From positions 12,975 to 76,974 of the forward strand of contig JAIPJX010000008.1 in assembly GCA_021733945.1 (NCBI GenBank): a DNA stretch of 64,000 bases, given 5' to 3'. Shown here piece by piece: positions 24,394 through 33,314 of this stretch. The notes under the pieces are model-generated. The model was not told the origin of the DNA and did not search any database. It worked only from the letters and a program-made list of their open reading frames with translations. A program made the translations under genes and the position numbers. Source of the DNA: Verrucomicrobiota bacterium (lineage in GTDB: Bacteria > Verrucomicrobiota > Verrucomicrobiia > Limisphaerales > SIBE01). Position 1 is the stretch's first letter. Each line of letters begins with the position of its first letter.

Positions 24394-25959
24394 ATGGATC
24401 CAGTCACCCAATCGGCTTCGAGCCAGCTTCCCGACTATCGGGCAAAGATCGCGGACATTGACCGACTGACCGTCATCATTGCGGCAAAGAAGGCGGAGGG
24501 AAAGAGAATTGTCCATGCCCACGGTGTGTTCGACCTCCTCCACGTGGGGCATATACGGCATCTCAAGGAAGCGAGGCAGATGGGGGATGTGCTGGTGGTG
24601 ACCCTTACCCCGGATCAGTTTGTCAACAAGGGGCCACACCGTCCGGCGTTTCCTCAGGAACTCCGTGTCGAATCGCTCGCTGCGCTTCAGATGGTTGACT
24701 ATGTAGGGGTTTCTCGATGGCCCACGTCGGTCGAAATAATCGGTCGGTTGAAGCCCGACATTTACGTCAAAGGGGCGGAGTTTAAGGAACTCGAGGATAT
24801 CACGGGTGCGGTCAGCGAAGAAGTCAAAGCTGTTCGCGGTGTGGGTGGCGAGGTGCGCTTCACGGAAGATTTAACCTTCAGTTCGTCAAATCTCCTCAAT
24901 CGTTTCTTTGGGCAGTTCTCTGCCGAAACGGAGAGCTATCTGGAACAATTTCGGCAGGGTCATTCTGCGGACGAAGTATTGGAGTGGTTGGAAAAAGTCG
25001 CACTGATCTCGCCGTTGGTGGTGGGCGAGGCAATTATTGACGAATATCAGTTCTGCCATGGCATTGGAAAATCGACGAAGGATCCGGTGCTTGCAGTCCT
25101 TCACGAAGATTTAAAGGCGTGTGCGGGGGGGAGTCTGGCGATAGCCAATCACCTGGCTGGCTTCTGCAGCAGAGTCCGGTTGGTGACGCAGTTGGGGGAA
25201 ATCGATTCTCGAGAAGAATTTGTGCGAAGTTCGCTGCGTCCAAATGTGGACGGGACCTTTCTCATAAAGTCCAAATCACCCACCATCCACAAGCGGCGGA
25301 TCATTGATAAATATTCGGGAAACAAACTGCTTGAAGTTTACCGGATGGATGACCGATCGACCTCCGGACCGAATGACGAACAGCTGGACTCGATTTTGGC
25401 GGAAGATCTTCGGGACAGCGGCCTTGATCTGTCGATCGTGGCTGACTACGGGCACGGAATGCTCAATGAGGAAACCATCCACCGGATTTCAAACGACGCT
25501 CAGTGGCTTGCTTTGAACGTGCAGTGTAATGCTGGTAACCGGGGTTTAAACCACATTTCCAAATACCCCAAGGCCGACTATGTTTGTTTGGCGAATCACG
25601 AGCTGGACATAGAGGTGCGTCACCGGGAGTTGACTCTTAAGGAACGAATTAAACTCCTCGCGAGTCGGATTCAGTGCCCTCGCTTCACAATCACGGGCGG
25701 GAGCACCGGAACGATGCACTTCGATTCCTCGAATGAATTTCATGAAGCTCCCTCCCTTGCCATGCGGGTTGTGGATCGTGTTGGTGCCGGGGACGCTGTG
25801 TTTGCGATCACCTCCCTGCTCGTGAAGATAGGGGCACCTTGGCCAATTGTGGGTTTCATAGGGAATGCGGCGGGTGGAATGGTCGTTTCAAGCCTTGGGA
25901 ACCGTGTTCCGCTAAACAAGGTCGCGTTGAGTCGGTATCTGATTTCCCTGCTGAAATAG
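24394..25959 (+). CDS. bifunctional nucleotidyltransferase (cytidylyl/adenylyl-transferase fold) + PfkB-family sugar kinase; HldE-like with swapped domain order
   Basis: N-half IVHAHGVFDLLHVGHIRHLKEARQMGDVLVVTLTPDQ...KGPHRPAFP...VDYV...PDIYVKG aligns by eye with HldE domain II. C-half is ribokinase-like (…VVDRVGAGDAVFAI…). ATG 24394 avoids overlap with the NusG paralog. Confidence 0.7.
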   Translation: MDPVTQSASSQLPDYRAKIADIDRLTVIIAAKKAEGKRIVHAHGVFDLLHVGHIRHLKEARQMGDVLVVTLTPDQFVNKGPHRPAFPQELRVESLAALQMVDYVGVSRWPTSVEIIGRLKPDIYVKGAEFKELEDITGAVSEEVKAVRGVGGEVRFTEDLTFSSSNLLNRFFGQFSAETESYLEQFRQGHSADEVLEWLEKVALISPLVVGEAIIDEYQFCHGIGKSTKDPVLAVLHEDLKACAGGSLAIANHLAGFCSRVRLVTQLGEIDSREEFVRSSLRPNVDGTFLIKSKSPTIHKRRIIDKYSGNKLLEVYRMDDRSTSGPNDEQLDSILAEDLRDSGLDLSIVADYGHGMLNEETIHRISNDAQWLALNVQCNAGNRGLNHISKYPKADYVCLANHELDIEVRHRELTLKERIKLLASRIQCPRFTITGGSTGTMHFDSSNEFHEAPSLAMRVVDRVGAGDAVFAITSLLVKIGAPWPIVGFIGNAAGGMVVSSLGNRVPLNKVALSRYLISLLK

Positions 25960-25970
25960 CAGGCGTCCGA

Positions 25971-25982
25971 GGCGGTAGGGTT
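25971..25982 (+). promoter_or_regulatory. ops/JUMPStart-like element GGCGGTAGGGTT
   Basis: Matches the enterobacterial RfaH ops GGCGGTAGnnTG at 9 of 10 defined positions. Lies on the non-template (+) strand in the 151-nt gap before the next gene, 1.6 kb downstream of the NusG paralog. Confidence 0.3.
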
Positions 25983-26110
25983 GTGTTGAAATCCGGATGA
26001 TCGATGGTCCTCGGGCATCGGTCCAAAAATCCGGAGCACCTTGGGAATGGGTATATTCCCGAAACTTCCATCGCAATTCGGAAACACCTTTGAATTATCT
26101 GAATCTATCA

Positions 26111-27121
26111 ATGAAAGAAGTGGATGCTGAGGGCAAAACGGTCCTTGTTACGGGCGGGGCCGGATATGTTGGAGCGGTGCTGGTGCCCCGCCTCTTGGAA
26201 CAAGGCTTCAGGGTCAAAGTTCTGGATCTGTTTATTTACGGGGATGACGTGCTGAGGGGGGTGCAAGGGAATTCGAACCTTGAGCAAATCCGGGGTGATA
26301 TACGAGATCAGAAACTGCTTCGAGAAACGATGCGGGGGTGTTATTCGGTGATTCATCTGGCCTGCATTTCCAATGATCCAAGCTTTGAGTTGGATCCCGA
26401 GTTGGGGCGGTCGATTAATTTCGATGCGTTTGGACCTCTGGTCGATATCGCGATTGAATCCGGGGTTCAACGATTCATCTACGCTTCTTCATCGAGCGTC
26501 TATGGACTGAAAAGCGAGTCCGATGTTACTGAGGATCTTGCGCTGGAGCCCCTGACGGATTATTCAAAATACAAGGCCCTCTGTGAGGAGATCCTGCTCG
26601 AAAAGAGGACCTCCAATTTCACCACACTCATTCTCCGACCAGCTACGATTTGCGGTTACTCCCCGCGATTGCGGCTGGATCTGACCGTGAACATCCTCAC
26701 GAGCCACGCTTTTCATAACCGGTTGATCACGGTGTTTGGCGGAACCCAGATGCGCCCGAATCTGCATATCGAGGATATGGCGGCTCTCTACGTCAAATCC
26801 CTGAAGCTACCGGCTGAATCGATTGACGGAAAGATCTACAACGCCGGATATGAGAATCATCGGGTTAGTGAAATCGCCATGATTGTCAAGTCTTTTGTTG
26901 GACCGGATGTCCAGATTGTGACAAAATCCACGGATGATAATCGTTCATACCACATTTCATCCGAGAAGATCCGACGGGAGCTGGACTTTATACCCAAACA
27001 TACCCTTCAGGATGCCGTAAGTGGTCTGGTTGCTGCGTTCAACCAAAATCTCGTGCCGGACGCATTGACCAAAGACATCTACTACAATATTCGCAAGATG
27101 CAGGGCCTTTCTCTCGCGTGA
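26111..27121 (+). CDS. NAD-dependent nucleotide-sugar epimerase/dehydratase (extended SDR)
   Basis: ATG 26111. Rossmann TGGAGYVG, catalytic YSKYK. The longer track start 25997 adds non-protein-like sequence. Confidence 0.75.
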   Translation: MKEVDAEGKTVLVTGGAGYVGAVLVPRLLEQGFRVKVLDLFIYGDDVLRGVQGNSNLEQIRGDIRDQKLLRETMRGCYSVIHLACISNDPSFELDPELGRSINFDAFGPLVDIAIESGVQRFIYASSSSVYGLKSESDVTEDLALEPLTDYSKYKALCEEILLEKRTSNFTTLILRPATICGYSPRLRLDLTVNILTSHAFHNRLITVFGGTQMRPNLHIEDMAALYVKSLKLPAESIDGKIYNAGYENHRVSEIAMIVKSFVGPDVQIVTKSTDDNRSYHISSEKIRRELDFIPKHTLQDAVSGLVAAFNQNLVPDALTKDIYYNIRKMQGLSLA

Positions 27122-27942
27122 CAGAGCAGAACCAAGACCTAGCGGTGATGTGCAGAGCCATTCGAACCCGTTTGGTGGAGATGTCCCATCAGGCTGGGGT
27201 ACCTCATTTGGGTTCGTCGTTATCTTGTGTCGAAATCCTGGCAGCCGCTTATTGGGGGGGGTTGAACCTCGATCCCTCCTGTCCGGATGACCCGGACCGG
27301 GACCGGTTTATTCTGAGCAAAGGACATGCGGCGTCCACGCTTTACGCGGCACTCGCGCTCAGGGGATTTTTTCCGCTTTCGTTGCTGGATGATTTTGCCA
27401 AGGCTGGAAGTCGGTTTCCTGAACATCCGAGTCCTCATTGCCTTCCGGGCGTCGAAGTTGCCACAGGGTCGCTTGGTCACGGTTTGTCGTTGGCGCTTGG
27501 GATGGCTCTGGCGGGCCGAATCCAGGCTCGAAAATTTCGTTCGTTCGCAGTCTTGAGTGATGGCGAGTGCAACGAGGGAACCGTTTGGGAGGCAGCCTTG
27601 TTCGCTGGAGGGCAGAAACTGGATCGCGTTGGTGTTATTATCGATTACAACAAATGGCAGGCCACGGGACGAAGCAACGAAGTGATGGCGTTGGAACCCA
27701 TGCGGGAGAAGTGGAATAGTTTCGGGTGGAGCACCTATGAGATTGATGGGCATGATTTGAAGGCGCTCGGGTCAACCATTCGGGCGGTTCCGGATGGGAC
27801 CGGAAAACCGGTTGCCGTCGTGGCTCATACGGTCAAGGGAAAGGGTGTGTCGTTCATGGAAGACGACAACAACTGGCATTATCGCGTTCCCTCTGCGAGT
27901 GAGTTGGCGGAGGCAAAACGAGAAATCGAGTCACTCGCATGA
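27118..27942 (+). CDS. transketolase, N-terminal (TPP-binding) subunit
   Basis: 274 aa. ...HLGSSLSCVEIL..., GSLGHGLSLALGMALA, LSDGECNEG. GTG start overlapping the upstream stop. Confidence 0.85.
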   Translation: MTEQNQDLAVMCRAIRTRLVEMSHQAGVPHLGSSLSCVEILAAAYWGGLNLDPSCPDDPDRDRFILSKGHAASTLYAALALRGFFPLSLLDDFAKAGSRFPEHPSPHCLPGVEVATGSLGHGLSLALGMALAGRIQARKFRSFAVLSDGECNEGTVWEAALFAGGQKLDRVGVIIDYNKWQATGRSNEVMALEPMREKWNSFGWSTYEIDGHDLKALGSTIRAVPDGTGKPVAVVAHTVKGKGVSFMEDDNNWHYRVPSASELAEAKREIESLA

Positions 27943-28880
27943 GAAACGCGTTTGCTGCGGAGATGGCAGATCTTGCTGAGGCGGATCAACGCATCGTTCT
28001 TATGTCGGGGGATATAGGAAATCGCCTCTTCGACCGGTTCAAAAACTGCTATCCGAAACGTTTTTTGAATTGTGGCGTTGCCGAGGCGAACATGGTCAGC
28101 ATGGCTGCCGGAATGGCGATGTGCGGGTTCAGGCCAGTTGCCTACACGATAGCTTCCTTCATGACCAGTCGTTGCTTCGAGCAGATTCGAGTTGATCTTT
28201 GTTATCATAATGTTCCGGTGGTCATCGTCGGAGTTGGCGCAGGACTTTCCTATGCCGCCAACGGCCCGACTCACCACAGTTGTGAGGATGTTGCCATTTT
28301 ACGGGCGCTCCCTCACATCACTGTGATTTGTCCCGCTGATCCGATTGAGACTCGCCTTGCCCTCAAAGCGGCGCTTGCGAACGACGGACCCTGTTACATT
28401 CGCTTGGGAAAAAAGGGGGAGCCGAACCTGCATGGAAACATTCCGGAATTCCTGATCGGAAAAGGCATCGTTGTTCATAGAGGCTCGGGGGTTTGCCTTC
28501 TCGGGACAGGGACAATCCTTCCCGTCGCCGTTGAGGCAGCAGAACGTCTCGGGAAGGACGGGATTCGACCGGAAGTTGTGAGCCTGCACACGGTCAAGCC
28601 ACTCGATGAAGAGCTCCTTTTCGATGTCTTCTCACGTTTCGAAGTTGTTGTAACGGTTGAGGAGCACAGCGTTATTGGCGGACTTGGCAGTGCGGTGGCC
28701 GAGTGGATTGCGGATCATCCGTTTCTGAAGGGGCGCCTCTACCGAATTGGCACTGCAGATAGGTTTATCCACGAAGCGGGAGGTCAGGAGCATGCCCGAA
28801 AACACTTTGGCCTCACTCCGGAAGCGATTGCCCAGAAAGTAACCAGCTGGGTCCGCGGAGGGGCGGTGGAGGTCAAATGA
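27939..28880 (+). CDS. transketolase, C-terminal (pyrimidine-binding) subunit
   Basis: 313 aa. ...NCGVAEANMVSMAAGMA..., ...EEHSVIGGLGSAVAE... ATGA overlap with the N-subunit gene. Confidence 0.85.
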   Translation: MRNAFAAEMADLAEADQRIVLMSGDIGNRLFDRFKNCYPKRFLNCGVAEANMVSMAAGMAMCGFRPVAYTIASFMTSRCFEQIRVDLCYHNVPVVIVGVGAGLSYAANGPTHHSCEDVAILRALPHITVICPADPIETRLALKAALANDGPCYIRLGKKGEPNLHGNIPEFLIGKGIVVHRGSGVCLLGTGTILPVAVEAAERLGKDGIRPEVVSLHTVKPLDEELLFDVFSRFEVVVTVEEHSVIGGLGSAVAEWIADHPFLKGRLYRIGTADRFIHEAGGQEHARKHFGLTPEAIAQKVTSWVRGGAVEVK

Positions 28881-29926
28881 AAACGCTTGCTGCAGTCCTC
28901 GTCGAAACGGGACGGCCTTTGGAATTGGCAGAACTTGAAGTCCCCACCCTACAGGCGGGACAGGTTCTGGTGGATATCGCCTTTAGCGGTGTCTGCCATA
29001 CCCAGCTGCTGGAGGCTAGGGGATACCGCGGCAACGATCCATTCCTGCCTCATTGCATGGGGCATGAAGGAAGTGGGAGGGTAATCGAAGTCGGACCCGA
29101 AGTCTCCAAGGTCAAATCCGGCGACGAGGTGGTGCTCTCCTGGATCCAGGGAACGGGAGCAAATGTCCAGAGCACGATTTACAAATGGAATGGTCGTGCG
29201 GTAAATGCGGGTGCCGTTACCACGTTTAGTCGTCAATCCATTATAAGTGAGAATCGCCTGACCCGGTTGCCGGCTCATGTTCCGACGGAGGCAGCAGCGC
29301 TCCTTGGGTGTGCTATTCCGACTGGGTTCGGTTCGGTTTTGAATACAGCCCAGGCGCGCCCTGGCCAGAGCATAGCCGTTTTTGGGGTTGGAGGAGTTGG
29401 GCTATGCGCGGTAGTGGCCGCTGCCATGGTCGGATGTAAGCCGATCATCGCCGTGGATGTGTTGGCGCACAAATTGGAATTGGCGAAACTGGCTGGGGCA
29501 ACTGACATAGTCATGGCTTCTTCAGGCGACCCCTTGCAGGCGATCCGCCGCCTGATCCCGGACGGGATAGATCTAGCCGTTGAAGCGACCGGGCGCCCCG
29601 AGGTGATGGTTCAGGCTTTGGCCGCAGTCAGACGAAGAGGCGGAACTTCGATTGTCATTGGAAATGCACGGAAGGGTGAGCGCCTCAGTTTGGATCCCGG
29701 CGAGTTTAACCAAGGCAAGCGAATACTCGGAACCTGGGGTGGAGACAGTAGTCCGGACATTGATTTTCCTCGGTACGCAAAACTCCTGGTTTCGTCAAAA
29801 CTGAATCTGCCGGCCCTTCTTGGGCGAATCTATTCGCTGGAATCAATCAATGAGGCTTTGGAAGGTCTTGAATCCGGGCAGGTCGCAAGGCCCCTGATCG
29901 ACATGAGGCTCGGAGCACCGTGTTGA
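28877..29926 (+). CDS. zinc-dependent alcohol dehydrogenase family (MDR) oxidoreductase
   Basis: 349 aa. GVCHTQL, CMGHEGSGRV, Rossmann AVFGVGGVG. Confidence 0.8.
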   Translation: MKTLAAVLVETGRPLELAELEVPTLQAGQVLVDIAFSGVCHTQLLEARGYRGNDPFLPHCMGHEGSGRVIEVGPEVSKVKSGDEVVLSWIQGTGANVQSTIYKWNGRAVNAGAVTTFSRQSIISENRLTRLPAHVPTEAAALLGCAIPTGFGSVLNTAQARPGQSIAVFGVGGVGLCAVVAAAMVGCKPIIAVDVLAHKLELAKLAGATDIVMASSGDPLQAIRRLIPDGIDLAVEATGRPEVMVQALAAVRRRGGTSIVIGNARKGERLSLDPGEFNQGKRILGTWGGDSSPDIDFPRYAKLLVSSKLNLPALLGRIYSLESINEALEGLESGQVARPLIDMRLGAPC

Positions 29927-29948
29927 AATTCCCTGACTCCCCCTTTCG

Positions 29949-30572
29949 ATGTTAATAGGCCTGGACTTTGACAATACCATAATCTGCTATGACTCCGTGT
30001 TTCATCAGGTCGCGGTAGAAAGGGCGCTCATCCCCTCCAGTGTGCCAGCGATCAAAGAGGCGATCCGGAACTATTTGCGATCTGCGGGAAAAGAAAGAGA
30101 ATGGACCGAGCTTCAAGGCTATGTTTATGGAAAGCGGATCACTGAGGCGGAAGCCTTTCCCGGACTGTTCGAGTTCCTTGGAGGGTGCAAGGATCGAAAC
30201 ATCGATTTCATTGTGATCAGTCACAAAACGCAGTTTCCATTTCAGGGGCCACCTTACGATTTGCACGTTTCGGCGCGAAATTGGATGGAACAAAAGGGCT
30301 TCTTCGATTCGAGTCGTATCGACTTCAGTGAAGATCGACTTTTTTTCGAGCCCACAAAACAGCGCAAATTGAACCGAATCGCTGCGATGGGCTGTCAGCA
30401 TTTTGTAGACGATTTGCCTGAAATCTTTGCCGACCCCGAATTTCCCGTAGGTGTGCACGGGATCCTGTTTGATCCAGCTTCAAGAGGCACTGAAGTGCCG
30501 GGGGTTCAGTCGGTTGTTTCCTGGACGGAGGTCGGAGGCATTGTTTTCTCAATCGGAGAAGTAACACTTTGA
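29949..30572 (+). CDS. HAD-superfamily hydrolase (probable sugar phosphatase)
   Basis: 207 aa. HAD motif I at the extreme N-terminus (LIGLDFDNTI). Confidence 0.6.
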   Translation: MLIGLDFDNTIICYDSVFHQVAVERALIPSSVPAIKEAIRNYLRSAGKEREWTELQGYVYGKRITEAEAFPGLFEFLGGCKDRNIDFIVISHKTQFPFQGPPYDLHVSARNWMEQKGFFDSSRIDFSEDRLFFEPTKQRKLNRIAAMGCQHFVDDLPEIFADPEFPVGVHGILFDPASRGTEVPGVQSVVSWTEVGGIVFSIGEVTL

Positions 30573-31591
30573 TCACGGAGGAAGTCAGGGAAATCGCTAC
30601 GGGTCTGGCTTTCGCGTGTGGGGGCGGACCCATCAGTGACATTTTCCAACGGACAGGAGGGGGGAACAACCGGGGGTTCGAAGTCCGTGGGCGGATTCGA
30701 ATGTTCCTGAAGCTTTATTTTCAGCATCCGTGTGATCCACGCGATCGGCTACGGGCCGAGTATGATTTTTGCGAGTTGCTGTGGAATCAAGGCCTGCGGA
30801 GCGCTCCGCAGCCGTTGGTCCGGGATCCGTCGCACCATGCGGCGCTTTACGAGTTTATCGAGGGTCGCTCTTTAAGTGAAGACGAGATCACGGAAGGCAG
30901 AATCCTCGAAGCTGTCGAGTTTCTCCTGGGAGTGAACGAACTCAAAACGAGAGCGCGCCCTTTGAACAAGGCGTCAGAAGCCTGTTTTAGTTTGGACGAG
31001 CATTTGGAATGTGTGGGGCACCGGGTTCAGGGTATGCTGGTCATCGGCGATGCTTCGGAGGAAGATCGGGAGGCCTCGGTGTTCGTTCGGCAACATCTGC
31101 TGCCGGCGTGGGAGCGGATCAAAAAACAAACGATCGAATGGTCAAGCCGCGTTCTGGGCAGAACTTTGAGTGATGCTGAACGATGTGTTTCACCTTCTGA
31201 TTTCGGGTTTCACAACGCGTTGCTAACATCGCACGATCGATTGCGTTTCATCGATTTTGAATACGCTGGCTGGGATGATCCTGCAAAACTGGCATGCGAT
31301 TTTTTCTGCCAACCGGCGTTGCCGGTGCCTGTTCGATTTCTAGACGCCTTTTTGCGACCGTTGCTCAACAAATTCGGGGACCCCGATCTGCTTCGGGAAC
31401 GAATCCGGTTGCTCTTGCCAGTCTACAGGATCAAGTGGTGCTGCATCCTCCTGAACGAATACCTGCCTGCTGGCAAGGCTCGCAGGAGGTTTGCAGACAA
31501 GACCTTCAATTCAGACCATCGTAAACCAGTCCAACTTGCAAGAGCCCGGGACCTTCTTGAAAGCGCCCTCCGCTCGGAAGCGAGAAGTTAA
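30569..31591 (+). CDS. APH/choline-kinase-fold phosphotransferase
   Basis: 340 aa. Catalytic segment FGFHNALLTSHDRLRFIDFEYAGWDDP. The TTG start (overlapping the HAD stop) is uncertain. Confidence 0.6.
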   Translation: MITEEVREIATGLAFACGGGPISDIFQRTGGGNNRGFEVRGRIRMFLKLYFQHPCDPRDRLRAEYDFCELLWNQGLRSAPQPLVRDPSHHAALYEFIEGRSLSEDEITEGRILEAVEFLLGVNELKTRARPLNKASEACFSLDEHLECVGHRVQGMLVIGDASEEDREASVFVRQHLLPAWERIKKQTIEWSSRVLGRTLSDAERCVSPSDFGFHNALLTSHDRLRFIDFEYAGWDDPAKLACDFFCQPALPVPVRFLDAFLRPLLNKFGDPDLLRERIRLLLPVYRIKWCCILLNEYLPAGKARRRFADKTFNSDHRKPVQLARARDLLESALRSEARS

Positions 31592-31601
31592 AAAGGCTCA
31601 G

Positions 31602-32603
31602 ATGAACTCAACTAGAAAAGTCGTCGTTTTGGGGGCGAATTCGTTTTCCGGTCAGGATTTCGTCGATCTTCTTCTCGATGATCCCAAATATCAGGTCATA
31701 GGCATTAGTCGATCGCCAGAGAGATCCGCCGTATTCCTAAGATACCGGATTCGTTCTGATCTGGGCCGGTACCGGTATCATGCTCTGGATCTGAATCACG
31801 ATGCCGAAGATTTGCTTCAATTGCTCGATGTGGAACGTCCCGAATATATTGTCAATTTCGCTGCTCAGAGCGAGGTGGCGCCCAGTTGGGATTGGCCGGA
31901 GCACTGGTTTCAAACCAACACGGTGGCTTTGGCTCGCTTGGTGAATCATCTTCGTAAACAAGATTATCTCAAACGTTATATTCATATTTCGTCGCCGGAA
32001 GTCTATGGAAACTGTCACGGAACGGTCTTCGAAGACGCCCCGTTGAATCCGAGCACTCCCTACGCCGCCTCGAAGGCCGCGGCGGATATGTTACTTGATG
32101 TATATCAAAAACAGTATGGCTTTCCCGTCCTGAAAGTAAGGGCGACGAACGTTTATGGAGCGCGGCAACAACTCTTTAAGATAATTCCAAGAACGGTGAT
32201 ATACATCCGGTTGGGCAAACGAATCCCTCTCCATGGCGGAGGACGGTCGGTTAAATCCTATATTCATGTTCGGGATGTGTCGCGCGGCGAGGCGGCGGTG
32301 ATGGAGCACGGTCAAGTCGGGTCGTTGTATCACCTATCGCCGGTTGGGGGAGTGGCGGTGCGAACCGTGGTAAAGTCAATCGTGGAAATACTCGGAAAAT
32401 CCTTTGAGGATGCTGTTGATTCTGTGGAGGAGCGACCTGGTCAGGATGCGGCCTACGTGATTGATTCAACTCGGGCGCGAACCGAACTGGGTTGGTCCCC
32501 GAAAATGGAATTGACGACGGGAATTGAGGAAACCGTCCGATGGATTGAGGACTATTGGCAGCAGATTGCTGAAATGCCGTTGGAATACCTCCATAAAAGT
32601 TAA
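31602..32603 (+). CDS. NDP-sugar 4,6-dehydratase-like extended SDR
   Basis: ATG 31602. VVVLGANSFSGQ Rossmann, YAASKAAADML (YxxxK). RmlB/GMD-like overall. Confidence 0.7.
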   Translation: MNSTRKVVVLGANSFSGQDFVDLLLDDPKYQVIGISRSPERSAVFLRYRIRSDLGRYRYHALDLNHDAEDLLQLLDVERPEYIVNFAAQSEVAPSWDWPEHWFQTNTVALARLVNHLRKQDYLKRYIHISSPEVYGNCHGTVFEDAPLNPSTPYAASKAAADMLLDVYQKQYGFPVLKVRATNVYGARQQLFKIIPRTVIYIRLGKRIPLHGGGRSVKSYIHVRDVSRGEAAVMEHGQVGSLYHLSPVGGVAVRTVVKSIVEILGKSFEDAVDSVEERPGQDAAYVIDSTRARTELGWSPKMELTTGIEETVRWIEDYWQQIAEMPLEYLHKS

Positions 32604-32611
32604 GGTTCGCT

Positions 32612-33274
32612 ATGGCATACATAGATTTTATAACAACAATTCACAGATCTACGAAGCGCGATTACGTTGCACGGGTGAATGAGTTCGACAAAGCCAAGGC
32701 GGCGGAGAAAGCCGGGCAGTTTGGGTTTGATTACTGGGATGGAGACCGAAAATTCGGATACGGCGGATACCGTTACGATGGTCGATGGCACCGGGTGGCG
32801 GAGATGATGGCCAAACACTATGATCTCAAGGAGGGGGCGCGTATTCTGGATGTGGGCTGTGGGAAGGGGTTTCTGCTTTATGAATTCACCCAGGTGATTC
32901 CGGGTGCGCAGGTGGTTGGAATCGACGTTTCTGCCTATGCGATTCAGAACGCCAAGGAGGAGGTGCGGCCCCAGTTGGGTCTTGGAAATGCGAACGCACT
33001 TCCGTTTGCCAACGAGTCGTTCGATCTGGTTTACTCAATCAACACGCTTCACAATCTCTACATCAACGATCTGTGGATGGCGCTGAAAGAAATCGAGCGC
33101 GTGGGGCGTGAATCGAAGCATGTCACTGTTGAAGCCTATCGCAACGAAAGAGAAAAGGTGAATTTGCTTTACTGGCAATTGACCTGTCGTGCGTTTCACA
33201 CGCCGCATGAATGGGAGTGGATTTATCAACAGGCCGGCTACTCCGGGGATCACTCATATATCACGTTCGAGTAG
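32612..33274 (+). CDS. class I SAM-dependent methyltransferase
   Basis: 220 aa. Motif I ILDVGCGKGF. Confidence 0.75.
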   Translation: MAYIDFITTIHRSTKRDYVARVNEFDKAKAAEKAGQFGFDYWDGDRKFGYGGYRYDGRWHRVAEMMAKHYDLKEGARILDVGCGKGFLLYEFTQVIPGAQVVGIDVSAYAIQNAKEEVRPQLGLGNANALPFANESFDLVYSINTLHNLYINDLWMALKEIERVGRESKHVTVEAYRNEREKVNLLYWQLTCRAFHTPHEWEWIYQQAGYSGDHSYITFE

Positions 33275-33314
33275 TCTGGCGGATGAGCGCACCCTCGATC
33301 ATGGGAAATTCCGT

